Shown: positions 8,572 to 18,577 of the stretch, piece by piece
How the letters are laid out: each line of letters opens with the position of its first letter
How positions within the stretch are numbered: position 1 is the first letter of the stretch
Source: Candidatus Latescibacterota bacterium
GTDB taxonomy: Bacteria > Latescibacterota > UBA2968 > UBA8231
Direction: 5' to 3'
Assembly (NCBI GenBank): GCA_965248355.1
Contig: OZ252098.1
Coordinates: forward strand, 928,001 to 992,000
DNA length: 64,000 nt
Position numbers and translations under genes: made by a program
Notes under the pieces: model-generated
The model's input: only the letters and a program-made list of their open reading frames with translations
The model's database searches: none
What the model was told of the DNA's origin: nothing

Positions 8572-10038
8572 ATGGGATTGCGCACGGCGTCGGAGTACAT
8601 GCAGGGGCTGAGGGACGGACGCACCGTGTATTTTCATGGAAGCTCCGTGCCCGACGTGACCCGGCACCCTCACCTCGGCATCGCCGCCAGACACGCGGCC
8701 CTCGACTTCGAGCTGGCCGAGGAGGCGCGATGCAGGGAGCTGTTCACCTGGACCGATGCTGGGGGGGATGTGCACAGCCGCTACTACAAGCGGCCGGAAT
8801 CCTCCCGGGACCTGTTGAATCGGCGCGAGATGATCGAGACCTCCACGCGCCGGGGCCGCAGCGTGGTGCTCCTGGTCAAGGAGATCGGCACCGACGCCCT
8901 GTTCGCTCTGGATCTGGTCACGCGGGTCGTCGACGAACGGGCCGGTACGGCCTACAACGACCGGGTCGCGGCCTTTCACCGCCACTGCCGCGATCTCGAC
9001 CTGACCCTGGCCGTGGCCCAGACGGACGTCAAGGGAGACCGGAGTCTGCTGCCGTCGCAGCAGGCGCATCCCGACTACTACGTGCGCATCGTGGAAGAGC
9101 GCAAGGACGGGATCGTCGTACGCGGCGCCAAGGCTCACACCACCGGAACCCCTGTCGTGGACGAGATCGTCGTGCTTCCCACGCGGGCCATCGGCGAGGA
9201 GGATGCTTCCTACGCCGTATCCTTCGCCGTGCCGGTCGATACCCCGGGAGTCAAGCTCCTGGCCAGCCCCTTTGGCGCCGCCGAGGAGGACAGCTCCTTC
9301 CACCACCCGGTCAGCTCCCGGCATCGACTGGTGGACACGCTGACCGTGTTCGACGACGTCTTCGTTCCTGCGGAGCGGGTGTTTCTTCAGGGGGAATGGC
9401 AGGCGGCCGGGTTCCTGGCCAACACGTTTGTCGAGTTTCACCGATTCACGGCGGTTTCCTACAAACCGCCGCTGTGTGACCTCTTCATCGGGGCGGCCGC
9501 CTTGCTCGCGGAATACAACGGCATCGAGAAGGCGAGCCACGTTCGCGAGAAGCTGATGCAGCTGATCGCCTGGACCGAGACGGTGCGCGGCCTGAGCCGG
9601 GCCGCCGCCCACGATTGCCGCATCACGGATTTCGGTCTTGCCGTCCCCGACGTGGTGCTCACCAATCTCGCCAAGTATCACTTCGCCGCTCGATACCACG
9701 AGGCCGTCCGCTGGGTGCAGGACATCGCCGGAGGTCTGGTGGTGACAGGCCCCTCGGAGCAGGACATGGACAGCGCCGAGACCCGTCCGTACATCGACAG
9801 GTTTCTCGGCGGCAGCGGCACCGATGCCTCGGACAGGCTGAAAGCCATGAACCTCGTCCGGGACCTGACGGCCTCGGACTTCGGCGGCTACAACCAGTTC
9901 CTCGCCATCCACGCCGAGGGATCTCTCGAAGCGCAGAAGATCACCATCTACCGCGACTACGACTTGGACCGCTGCAAGAGCCTGGCCGCCGAAGTGATCG
10001 GTGTGGACAGGGATGAGCGCATGGAGGGAGGTTCCTGA
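8572..10038 (+). CDS. 4-hydroxyphenylacetate 3-hydroxylase / 4-hydroxybutyryl-CoA dehydratase family flavoprotein
   Basis: AQTDVKGDRSL.PSQQ.HPDYYVRIVE...DGIVVRGAKAH.T, VFDDVFVP.ERVF, DIAGG, H.EGS.EAQ. Confidence 0.88.
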   Translation: MGLRTASEYMQGLRDGRTVYFHGSSVPDVTRHPHLGIAARHAALDFELAEEARCRELFTWTDAGGDVHSRYYKRPESSRDLLNRREMIETSTRRGRSVVLLVKEIGTDALFALDLVTRVVDERAGTAYNDRVAAFHRHCRDLDLTLAVAQTDVKGDRSLLPSQQAHPDYYVRIVEERKDGIVVRGAKAHTTGTPVVDEIVVLPTRAIGEEDASYAVSFAVPVDTPGVKLLASPFGAAEEDSSFHHPVSSRHRLVDTLTVFDDVFVPAERVFLQGEWQAAGFLANTFVEFHRFTAVSYKPPLCDLFIGAAALLAEYNGIEKASHVREKLMQLIAWTETVRGLSRAAAHDCRITDFGLAVPDVVLTNLAKYHFAARYHEAVRWVQDIAGGLVVTGPSEQDMDSAETRPYIDRFLGGSGTDASDRLKAMNLVRDLTASDFGGYNQFLAIHAEGSLEAQKITIYRDYDLDRCKSLAAEVIGVDRDERMEGGS

Positions 10039-10070
10039 GTCGACTCTGGCCGTTCCCGCGCGGGGACCGG

Positions 10071-10847
10071 TCAGCTGGCCGTCCAGCCCCCGTCCACGTA
10101 CAGGGTCGTGCCGGTGATGTAGCTGGCCGCCTCCGAGGCCAGGAAGACCACGGCCCATGCCACCTCCTCGGGACGTCCGAAGCGGCCCAGGGGCGTACGG
10201 TCCTCCACCCAGCCGCGAAGCCTTTCCCGCCGCTTGACCTCCGCTGTCATGTCCGTGTCGATGTACGCCGGCGCCACGGCGTTCACGCGCACGCCCCGGG
10301 GAGCCCACTCCACGGCCAGCGTCCGGGTCAGGGACGCCAGGGCTGCCTTCGAGGCCGAATAGGCCGCCAGCCTCGGGAGGGCCCGGTCGGCGCCGACGGA
10401 CGTCACGTTGATGACCGAGCCAGCGCCGCGCTGGAGCATCCCCGGGCCGAGGCAACGGAGAACGCGGAAGGTCCCGTCGAGGTTGATCCGGAGGACCTCG
10501 CTCCACTCCTCGTCGCTCCACTCCTCTGCGGCTTTCACGTACGGGCTGACGGCGGCGTTGTTGATCAGCACGTCCACACCATCAGGCCACTTCGCCTCGA
10601 TCCGTTCCGCCAGCCGGTGGACGCCGTCGGTGGTTCCCAGATCCGTGGGTACGGCGAGAGCCTGGCCCCCAACCGACTCCACCATGTCCACGGTGGTCCT
10701 CAACTGGGACTCCGTGCGGCTTGTGACCGCGATCTCGGCGCCGGCCCGGGCGAGGGCCAGGGCGCAGGCCTGGCCGATCCCCCGACCTCCACCGGTGACG
10801 AGCGCCCGCCGGCCTTGCAGGCTGAAGGGCATGGAATGGTCAATCAT
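10071..10847 (-). CDS. Short-chain dehydrogenase/reductase
   Basis: TGGGRGIG, NNA, YSASK, VNAVAP, VDGG. Confidence 0.93.
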   Translation of the reverse strand: MIDHSMPFSLQGRRALVTGGGRGIGQACALALARAGAEIAVTSRTESQLRTTVDMVESVGGQALAVPTDLGTTDGVHRLAERIEAKWPDGVDVLINNAAVSPYVKAAEEWSDEEWSEVLRINLDGTFRVLRCLGPGMLQRGAGSVINVTSVGADRALPRLAAYSASKAALASLTRTLAVEWAPRGVRVNAVAPAYIDTDMTAEVKRRERLRGWVEDRTPLGRFGRPEEVAWAVVFLASEAASYITGTTLYVDGGWTAS

Positions 10848-10982
10848 CCCGGTCCTTTCTCATGTTGACCGTGCCCAATATAGCTCAGGGAGTTCCACCG
10901 TCGTTGCCACGGCCGGACCGCCAGCGATAACCGGGGAACCGGTGACGAGCTCGGCGCGTTCCCCCGTAGGGTGAGAAGGGGG

Positions 10983-11011
10983 TTGATATCCCTCATTCCT
11001 CAGGTTATACT
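10983..11011 (+). promoter_or_regulatory. Putative sigma70 promoter for the sigma-factor gene
   Basis: TTGATA-17 bp-TATACT in an otherwise GC-rich intergenic region. Confidence 0.7.
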
Positions 11012-11267
11012 CTCAGCGATTCATGGGGCCCTGTTCATTCTCCGGGATCCCCTTCCCGGACGCCCCGCCATTCCCCGTCGAAGCGATCCCCGCAATCCCG
11101 GCGCCCGTCTCCCGCGGGTGTGGTTCCACATATCTCCTCCCCCAAGTTGCTCTCCCGGCGACAGGGGCCCGGTGTACCGTTCTTGTCGTCCGAGCCGCTG
11201 CCGTCCTCCCCCTCTCCAGGAACCTGCAAGAGGAGAGGGCACACCCGCCTGAATGGAGGGGTGTCGC

Positions 11268-12122
11268 ATGTCGTCATCAACGCTGCAGACCGATACCCTG
11301 GTCGATCGATACTTTCATGAGATAGAGAGTTCGGTCGGCCTCTCAGCTGCCGAGGAGATCGAAGTCGCCAAGCGGATCAAGGACGGCGACGAGGAAGCCC
11401 TGGGCGAGTTGGTCCAGGCCAACCTGCGCTTCGTCGTCAGCGTCGCCAAGCAGTACCAGAACCTCGGGCTCCCCTTGTCGGACCTGATCAACGAGGGCAA
11501 CCTCGGGCTGATGGTCGCCGCCCGGCGCTTCGACGGGTCGAAGGGTTTCAAGTTCATCTCCTACGCGGTCTGGTGGATCCGTCAGTCCATCCTGCAGGCG
11601 TTGGCCGAGCAGTCCAGGATCGTGCGACTGCCTCTGAACCGGATCGGCGAGCTCACCAAGGTCAACAAGTGCATGACCCGCCTCGAACAGCGCCTGGGCC
11701 GCGCCCCCGAGGTGGAGGAAGTCGCCGCCGAGCTCAAGACAAACCCGGACGACATGGAGATGGTTCTTCGTTTGGCCCAGCGGCCCGTGTCCCTCGAGAC
11801 ACCGTGCGACGAGCAGGAACCCGACCGCCGCTTGGGGGATTTGCTGCCCGACGACACCTTGAGGGCCTTCGATGAGGTCCTGTCGGAGGGGGACTTGCGG
11901 GAGGAGATCCAGTCGGCCATGGACGGCCTCACCCGGGGCGAGGCCCGCGTGTTGCGCATGTACTACGGGCTCGACGGCCAGGATCCGATGACGCTGGAGG
12001 AGATCGGCAGGTACGTGGGACGCACGCGCGAACGGGTACGCCAGATCAAGGAAAAGGCGCTGCAAAAGCTCAGGCACCCGAACCGCAGCGAGGTGCTCAA
12101 GGAGTACTACGGGGAGGACTGA
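11268..12122 (+). CDS. RNA polymerase sigma factor, RpoD/RpoS-like without region 1.1
   Basis: ANLRFVVSVAK.Y, DLINEGNLGL, FKFISYAVWWIRQSI, RIVRLP.N, TLEEIG...TRERVRQIKEKAL.KLR; GGAGG RBS at 11255. Confidence 0.93.
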   Translation: MSSSTLQTDTLVDRYFHEIESSVGLSAAEEIEVAKRIKDGDEEALGELVQANLRFVVSVAKQYQNLGLPLSDLINEGNLGLMVAARRFDGSKGFKFISYAVWWIRQSILQALAEQSRIVRLPLNRIGELTKVNKCMTRLEQRLGRAPEVEEVAAELKTNPDDMEMVLRLAQRPVSLETPCDEQEPDRRLGDLLPDDTLRAFDEVLSEGDLREEIQSAMDGLTRGEARVLRMYYGLDGQDPMTLEEIGRYVGRTRERVRQIKEKALQKLRHPNRSEVLKEYYGED

Positions 12123-12144
12123 GTCTCCCGGGGGGCGTGCTTGG

Positions 12145-12172
12145 TTGACAGAGTCAGGCCCTCCGGTATTTT
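12145..12172 (+). promoter_or_regulatory. Putative promoter of tRNA-Asn
   Basis: TTGACA-16 bp-TATTTT about 28 nt upstream of the tRNA. Confidence 0.55.
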
Positions 12173-12200
12173 TATCGCACAGATGTCGACGCCATGCGGT

Positions 12201-12276
12201 TCCGGCGTAGCTCAGTTGGCAGAGCGGGTGGCTGTTAACCACTTAGTCGTAGGTTCGAGTCCTACCGCCGGAGCCA
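12201..12276 (+). tRNA. tRNA-Asn (GTT)
   Basis: TCCGGCG acceptor stem pairing with CGCCGGA, D-arm AGCTCAGTTGGCAGAGC, anticodon loop CTGTTAA, GGTTCGAGTCC T-arm, encoded CCA. Confidence 0.97.
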
Positions 12277-12376
12277 AAAAAACACCCGGCCGCTGAGGTT
12301 CGCGGCTTCCTTGCCGGTCGAGACCCCGAGGGGACCCTTCGGGGTCTTGCCGTATCTGGCATCGATTTCCCTCCAC

Positions 12377-13627
12377 ATGATCTGGCCCTGCAAAAGGCTC
12401 GACTTCACCTGGGCCGACTGGCTCTTCGCCTTCCGGAGATGCTTGTGGCCCCCCCGGCGGGAGAGCGTTGCAGCGCGGGTGGAGGATCTGTGGTCGGCGA
12501 AGGGCGATGCCATCGCATGCCTCACGGTGCGCTCGGCCTTCGACCTGTACCTGCGTGCGAAGCAGTGGAGAGCCGGCGACGAGATCATCTTCAGCGCCCT
12601 CACCGTGTCGGACATGCCGCGGATCGCCCGGCAACACGGCCTGCGCGTGGTGCCTCTCGACATCGACCCTCTGACCGCGCGGTGGGACGAGCGCGCCTTG
12701 GAGCGGCGCATCGGACCTCGCACGCGAGCCGTCGTGCTCACACACCTCTTCGGGGCCCGGCTCGACGTGGAGCCGGCCGCGGCCATCGCCCGGCGGCACG
12801 GCGTCGCCGTGGTGGAGGACTGCGCGCAGGCTTACTCCGGACCGGACCAGACCGGCCATCCTCGGGCCGACCTGACGCTGTTCTCCTTCGGCCCCATGAA
12901 GATCGCCACCGCCCTTGGCGGAGGACTCGCCCGCGTCCCTCAGGCCGAGGTGCGGGCCTCGATGCGGGCGCTCCTGGAGCAGGACGCCTTGCACCCGACG
13001 CGCGAGTTCGCCCGCCGGGTGTTGCTCTACGGCGTGCTGAAGGCGGCATCCAATCCCAGCGTCTACGGCGGGCTGGTGGCCTTGGCGGAGTCGTTGGGTC
13101 TCCACCGGGAACGGTGGATCCATGGGCTCACGCGCAACGTGCCCGGCGATGGCCTCATGAGTCATATCCGCCGCCGACCTTGCGCCTCCCTGCTGAGCCT
13201 CCTCGAGCGCAGGCTGCAGGAGGGGGATGCGCCCATCGCCCGCCGCGCGGCTCCGGGAGCCGCTCTCTTCCGTGCTCTGGGCCAGGAAGTACAGCTGCCC
13301 ACGCGCGACGCGTACGCCCACGCGTACTGGATCGTGCCCGTTCTGGTCCGCAACCGCGAAGAGTTGAAGGACGGCCTTCGCCGCCACGGTTTCGATGCCA
13401 TGTCCGAACGGCTGAGCGTCGTTTCCGAAGGCGGGACGGAGGCGCCCGGGGCCCGGCGCCTGTCGGAGGTCCTTTACCTGCCCTTCGATCCGGGGATGCC
13501 CGAAAGCGAGCTCGAGCGGCTGGGGGCCCTTGTGACACGCCTGGTCGCCCGGGAGCGGGAGGGAACCGCTCAGCAGTTGACGATGCCGGCTTCCATCACC
13601 CGAGCTCTCCCAAACGAATCCCGTTAG
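12377..13627 (+). CDS. DegT/DnrJ/EryC1/StrS-family PLP-dependent aminotransferase
   Basis: THLFG, VEDCAQA, FSFGPMKIATALGGG. Confidence 0.85.
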   Translation: MIWPCKRLDFTWADWLFAFRRCLWPPRRESVAARVEDLWSAKGDAIACLTVRSAFDLYLRAKQWRAGDEIIFSALTVSDMPRIARQHGLRVVPLDIDPLTARWDERALERRIGPRTRAVVLTHLFGARLDVEPAAAIARRHGVAVVEDCAQAYSGPDQTGHPRADLTLFSFGPMKIATALGGGLARVPQAEVRASMRALLEQDALHPTREFARRVLLYGVLKAASNPSVYGGLVALAESLGLHRERWIHGLTRNVPGDGLMSHIRRRPCASLLSLLERRLQEGDAPIARRAAPGAALFRALGQEVQLPTRDAYAHAYWIVPVLVRNREELKDGLRRHGFDAMSERLSVVSEGGTEAPGARRLSEVLYLPFDPGMPESELERLGALVTRLVAREREGTAQQLTMPASITRALPNESR

Positions 13628-13668
13628 CCCGTTGATTCTCGCCCTTCTCTCCGTACTCACGGGCATCG

Positions 13669-15198
13669 ATGGCCCTGAACCCGGATCGCGCACTCACGGC
13701 TGATCCGAGCCCTTCGATCGGCATACGGGCGTGGTGGCTGACGCTGGGCCGCCTGGCCCACGTCGCCTCCCTTCTGCTGGTGTGGGCGATCCTGTCCCGT
13801 ACCCTGTCCCACGTGGAATACGGTCAGTACCAACTGGTCTGGTTGTACCTGAATATCGTGATACCCGTTTTCCTGTTCGGAATGCCCGTGAGCATCAGCT
13901 ACTTCCTGGCTCCATCGGAAGGCCTCCACCGCCACCGGCAGGCCGCCCAGCACGTCGTCCTGATCGTCCTGCTCGCCGCCCTGTTCGCGCTCTGCGCTGG
14001 AGGCCTCTGGATAGTGGGGGGCGTCGGTCCTCTCGCCATTCCGGCCGAGGTGGAGCCTCTCATGCCGCTCCCGGTGTTCATCGGTTTCGGAATGATCGCC
14101 TGCGGATTCCTCGAGCCCGTTCTCATCGTCTACGGAAGACTCAGGGTCCTGGCCGGGTCGCTCTTCCTGTTCTCGAGCCTGCACCTCGCAGCGGTGCTGG
14201 CGGGTTGGTTCCTCGGGGGATCGCTGGGGTGGGTCTTCGCGTGTCTGAGCGGTGCCGTGGGACTGAGGGTTGTCTGGAGCTATGTCCTCTTGTTCAAGCT
14301 GTTGCGGCCCCTGCCCCGCGACTTTCACCGGCGTCCTTTCACGGAGCCATTGACGTACGTATGGCGCATAGGCCTTCGCGACGCCATCGAGGTGCTGTCC
14401 AGGTACTCCGACAAGCTGATCTTCGCCTCCTTCTTTACCACCGCCCAGCTGGCAGTCTACTTCAACGGTGCCTGGGAACTCCCTCTGGTGGCCATCGTCG
14501 TCCATTCTCTGCTGGCCGTTCTGCTGCCCGAGTTGCGAGTGGTCTACCGCCGTGGAGAGATGGACAGGGTCCTGGCCCTTGTGCATCTGGCCGCCAGGAG
14601 GGTGGCCTTGCTGCTGTTCCCGGTGGCGGCCTTCTCCTTCGCGGTGGCCCCTGAGCTGACGAGCCTCCTCTTCAGCGAAGACTATCGCGCCAGCGGTACC
14701 GTCTTCCGCGTCTTCCTTTTCCTGCTTCCCTTGCGGGTCTCGACGGCCGGGCCGGTGCTGCTGGCCGCGAACCGGACCCGGGCGGTCCTCCTGGGCACCG
14801 TGATGGACCTGGTGCTGGCCGTCGTGCTGGGACTGGCTTTGATACCCTGGCTGGGGACGCTGGGGCCGGCGGTGGCGCTCATCGTGAGCACGTCCTGCCA
14901 GGTCGGCCTCTACAACTGGCGGGCGGCGGCAGCCATCGACCGGCGCTTGCTCGACATGCTGCCGTGGCGGGCTCTCGGCCGGCTGGCCTTGCCGAGCCTG
15001 ACCGCGGCCCTGGGGGCTTCCTTCTGCGTGCGCTTCGAGTCGGCTGGCTTGAACCTGGCCGCAGCCGGCGGCGCCTTCGTCCTGTTCCTTGCCGGGCTGG
15101 GTCTCGGCCTGCGCTTGTTCGAGGCCGAAGAGCGGGGCGTGGTGATCGGGTCCTGCCGTATGGCGGCGGCGAGGTGCCGATCCATCCTGGGTTCGTAG
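13669..15198 (+). CDS. Wzx-like oligosaccharide flippase / polysaccharide export membrane protein
   Basis: About 14 hydrophobic segments; LSR.L...EYG.YQL N-terminus; DKLI...F...QLAVY.NGA.ELP motif. Confidence 0.8.
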   Translation: MALNPDRALTADPSPSIGIRAWWLTLGRLAHVASLLLVWAILSRTLSHVEYGQYQLVWLYLNIVIPVFLFGMPVSISYFLAPSEGLHRHRQAAQHVVLIVLLAALFALCAGGLWIVGGVGPLAIPAEVEPLMPLPVFIGFGMIACGFLEPVLIVYGRLRVLAGSLFLFSSLHLAAVLAGWFLGGSLGWVFACLSGAVGLRVVWSYVLLFKLLRPLPRDFHRRPFTEPLTYVWRIGLRDAIEVLSRYSDKLIFASFFTTAQLAVYFNGAWELPLVAIVVHSLLAVLLPELRVVYRRGEMDRVLALVHLAARRVALLLFPVAAFSFAVAPELTSLLFSEDYRASGTVFRVFLFLLPLRVSTAGPVLLAANRTRAVLLGTVMDLVLAVVLGLALIPWLGTLGPAVALIVSTSCQVGLYNWRAAAAIDRRLLDMLPWRALGRLALPSLTAALGASFCVRFESAGLNLAAAGGAFVLFLAGLGLGLRLFEAEERGVVIGSCRMAAARCRSILGS

Positions 15199-15237
15199 AT
15201 TGAGCGGCGTCGCCCTTGCTGTCCCGGTGGCTGCGAT

Positions 15238-17229
15238 TCAGGCTGGGGGGGCGATCGCGCGGATCGCTTCGACCGCCTCGGGATTGACCAGGCTCGAGGT
15301 GTCCCCGGGGTCTTCCCCGAGGTAGGCGGCCCTCAGCACGCGGCGCATCAGCTTGGCGTTGCGCGTCTTGGGAAGATCCGGCACGAACAGGATGCGAGCC
15401 GGACGCAGGGGCTTGCCCATCTCCTCGACGATGCGCTCGCTGAGAGCGGCCTCCAGCTCGCCGCCGGCGGAGCACCCTTTCTCGAGCACGCAGAAACAGA
15501 CGATTCTCTCGCCCTTCAACTCGTCCGGCGCGCCCACGGCACCGGCCTCGACCACGGCCGGATGGGCCACCAGGACCGACTCGAACTCGGAGGGGCCTGC
15601 GCGCTTCCCGCCGACGTTGATGGTGTCGTCGGAGCGTCCCAGGATCCACCAGTGTCCGTCGTCGTCGACCAGGGCCCAGTCCCCGTGGACCCATACATCG
15701 GGGAACCGCGACCAGTAGGTCTCCAGGTAGCGCCGATCGCCCTCGTCCCGCCAGAAGCCGCGAGTCATGCCGATCCAGGGCGTGCGTACGGCGAGCTCGC
15801 CCACCTCGTTGCGCACGGGGCGGCCCTCCTCGTCGAGGACGACGACGTCCATCCCGGGACAGGGCGCCGAGAACGCGGCCGGCTTGGCCGGTCTCAGGGG
15901 ATTGTCCATGAGGATGCCGCCGCTCACCTCGGTGCCGCCGGAGTAGTTGACGATGGGGATGCGCCCGCCGCCCACCTCCTGGAGCAGCCAGCGCCAGGGC
16001 TCGGGGTTCCAGGGCTCGCCGGTGGAGCCGAAGGAGCGGAGCCGGGAGAGGTCGCGGTGGCGGTGGTGCTCCGCTCCGCTGGACTTGAGAGCGCGCACCA
16101 GGGTGGGGGACAGCCCGAGCTGGGTCAGACCGTGGCCTTCGGCCATGGACCAGATGCGTCCGGGGTCCGGGTAGTCGGGGGCCCCCTCGTACAGGAAACA
16201 GGCGGCGCCGAGAAGGCTGGCCCCGAAGACCAGCCAGGGGCCCATCATCCAGCCCATGTCCGTGATCCAGTAGACGAGGTCTCCCGGGTGGACATCGAGT
16301 CCGAAGGACATGTCCTGGGCCGCCTTCACGGGAAAGCCGCAATGGGTGTGCACCGCTCCCTTGGGGCGGCCCGTGGTGCCGGAGGTGTAGAGGATCATCA
16401 CGGTCTCCTCGGCCTCCGTGTCCCGGGGGGGGCAGCCCGGATCCTGATCGGACACCAGGCGGTGCCACCAGTGGTCCCGTCCCCCGCGCATGTCCACCGT
16501 GATTCCGGCGTGCCGCAAGACGAGGACCGACCGCACACCGGGCACCTGGGCCAGGGCGGCGTCGGCGACGCTCTTCAGAGGGACCTTCCCGCCCCGGCGG
16601 GAGAAGCCGTCGGCGGTGATCAGAGCCGTGGCGCCGGCGTCGGAGAGGCGGGAGGCGATGGCTCCAGCCCCATAGCCGGTGAACAGGGGAAGGACCACGC
16701 CGCCGATGCGCGCCACGGCGAGCAGGGCCACGACGATCTCCGCCGTCATGGGCAGCAGGAGACCGACACGGTCGCCGGGGGCGATGCCCAGTTCCCGCAG
16801 GGCGTTGGCGCATCGACCGACGGAGGCCGCCAGCTCGGCGTAGGTGAGCGTCGTGACCTCCCCCGCCTCGGACTCGGCGACCACGGCCCTGCGGCTCGCG
16901 GTCTCGGGGGATTCGAGCCAGCGGTCGAGGCAACTGACGGTGATGTTCATGCGGCCCCCGGGGCACCAGCGGGGCAGGGCGGGACCCCGGCTCAGGTCGA
17001 CGACGCGGTCGTACGGAGTCGAGAACCGGATCCCCAGGAACTGCAGGACCGCCTCGGTGAACCCGGCCACGTCCCGGGTCGACCGGGTCATGAGCTCGTC
17101 GAAGTCGGCCGCTCCATAGAGGCTCATGAAGGCCCTGAGATTGGCGCGGGCCCGACGGGACGGTTCCGGGTACCAGGCGATCGAGTCGGCGTCCGGAAGG
17201 GGGTGCCTGTCCGGCGAGGATTCCGTCAT
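15238..17229 (-). CDS. AMP-dependent acyl-CoA synthetase (acetate-CoA ligase-like)
   Basis: YTSGTTGRPKG, SGGTE, HGD, GRSDD, LPKTRNAKLMRR. Confidence 0.92.
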   Translation of the reverse strand: MTESSPDRHPLPDADSIAWYPEPSRRARANLRAFMSLYGAADFDELMTRSTRDVAGFTEAVLQFLGIRFSTPYDRVVDLSRGPALPRWCPGGRMNITVSCLDRWLESPETASRRAVVAESEAGEVTTLTYAELAASVGRCANALRELGIAPGDRVGLLLPMTAEIVVALLAVARIGGVVLPLFTGYGAGAIASRLSDAGATALITADGFSRRGGKVPLKSVADAALAQVPGVRSVLVLRHAGITVDMRGGRDHWWHRLVSDQDPGCPPRDTEAEETVMILYTSGTTGRPKGAVHTHCGFPVKAAQDMSFGLDVHPGDLVYWITDMGWMMGPWLVFGASLLGAACFLYEGAPDYPDPGRIWSMAEGHGLTQLGLSPTLVRALKSSGAEHHRHRDLSRLRSFGSTGEPWNPEPWRWLLQEVGGGRIPIVNYSGGTEVSGGILMDNPLRPAKPAAFSAPCPGMDVVVLDEEGRPVRNEVGELAVRTPWIGMTRGFWRDEGDRRYLETYWSRFPDVWVHGDWALVDDDGHWWILGRSDDTINVGGKRAGPSEFESVLVAHPAVVEAGAVGAPDELKGERIVCFCVLEKGCSAGGELEAALSERIVEEMGKPLRPARILFVPDLPKTRNAKLMRRVLRAAYLGEDPGDTSSLVNPEAVEAIRAIAPPA

Positions 17230-17283
17230 CGCTGCTCATTCCGACCTGCGTTGCGGGGGAGGGCGCCGGATGGCGCCCCGGCA

Positions 17284-18405
17284 TCAGACCGCGTAGGCCA
17301 CCGAGCCGTCCTGGCGAAGGGGGGTGGCGCCCGTGTTCATCGGCTGGAAGGGCCGTTCGGGGATCAACTCGTCCACCAGCTCCACACCAAGGCCCGGCAC
17401 CTCGGGCACGGGAATATGGCCGCCCTCGCGCCGGTGGGCGCAGCGGTACACCGCGTTCGCCTCGGCCTCGTCGCCCTTGGTGTACTCCTGGGTGATGAAG
17501 TTGGGGATGGAGGCGTCCAGGTGCACGGAGGCGGCCGTCACCAGGGGGCCGAGGAAGTTGTGAGTCACCACGGCGCAGTGGTAGGCCTCGGCGATGGCGG
17601 CGATCTTCTTGCACTGGGTCAGGCCCCCGGCCAGACCCACGTCCGGCCTCACGTACTGGGGGCCGCCGCTCTCCAGCAACTCGCGGAACTCCCAGATGGT
17701 GGTCAGCCGTTCCCCGTTGCCCATGGGCACGTTCGAACGCCGCGCCACCTCGGCCTGGGTCTGGACGCTGTCGATCTGGATGGGGTCCTCGAGGAAGAAC
17801 AGGTTGAAGGGCCGCAGCGCCTCGGCCAGGGTCCAGGCGGTCATGGGGGTCAGCTTGCGGTGGACCTCCACGATCAGGTCGAGGTCGGGCCCGCCGCCCT
17901 CACGGGCCGCGGCGACGAGATCCCGGGCCCGCCCCACCATGCGGTCGATGCCGGTGTCGATGTGGTGGACGGGGTCGAACTTCAGGGCCGTGAATCCCTC
18001 GGCCACAGCGTTCCTCGCGGACTCTAACATGGCCTCCGGCGTATCGGCCCCGCCCAGGAGGTGGAGGCGGATGCGGTCCCGGCAGCGGCCTCCGAGAAGC
18101 TCCCAGACGGGCGCCTGGTAGTGCTTCCCCTTGATGTCCCACAAGGCGATGTCCACGGCGCTCACGGCCCCGGCCAGGGCCGTTCCCCGGAATGGGGACA
18201 TGCGATAGAGGTGTTGCCAGTGGTGCTCGATGCGCAACGGGTCCTGCCCGATGAGATAGCGCTCGAAGGCGGCCACGATGCTCCGCACGGCCTCGGGGTA
18301 GCCCCAGCAGGCGGTCTGCCCGACGCCGGTCAGGCCGTTGTCGGTGGTGATACGCACGACGTAGCCGCCGCCGATCAGGAAGGATTCGATGCGTTCGATC
18401 TTCAT
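17284..18405 (-). CDS. Enolase-superfamily acid-sugar dehydratase (galactonate dehydratase-like)
   Basis: MKIERIE start, AVDIALWDIKGK, LKFD, EVHR, FLEDP, GERL, HNFLGP, QEY. Confidence 0.88.
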   Translation of the reverse strand: MKIERIESFLIGGGYVVRITTDNGLTGVGQTACWGYPEAVRSIVAAFERYLIGQDPLRIEHHWQHLYRMSPFRGTALAGAVSAVDIALWDIKGKHYQAPVWELLGGRCRDRIRLHLLGGADTPEAMLESARNAVAEGFTALKFDPVHHIDTGIDRMVGRARDLVAAAREGGGPDLDLIVEVHRKLTPMTAWTLAEALRPFNLFFLEDPIQIDSVQTQAEVARRSNVPMGNGERLTTIWEFRELLESGGPQYVRPDVGLAGGLTQCKKIAAIAEAYHCAVVTHNFLGPLVTAASVHLDASIPNFITQEYTKGDEAEANAVYRCAHRREGGHIPVPEVPGLGVELVDELIPERPFQPMNTGATPLRQDGSVAYAV

Positions 18406-18577
18406 CGCCGAGGGGTCTCCGCTTTTTCGAGACAGGGCTCTGCCGGCTATATTAGCAACCCCTGCCTCGACGACGCGAACCTCCGGCCGTTTCGCCCCAC
18501 CGCAACCGGCCGCTGCGCCCCTGCCGGCTCGGCGCGTCATCGATGTGCCCGCGAGCGATTCCCGGGAGCGAGGACGG

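Noticed and set aside
12201..12350. Integrative element at tRNA-Asn
   Set aside because: No integrase, no duplicated tRNA 3' end and no clear compositional shift downstream
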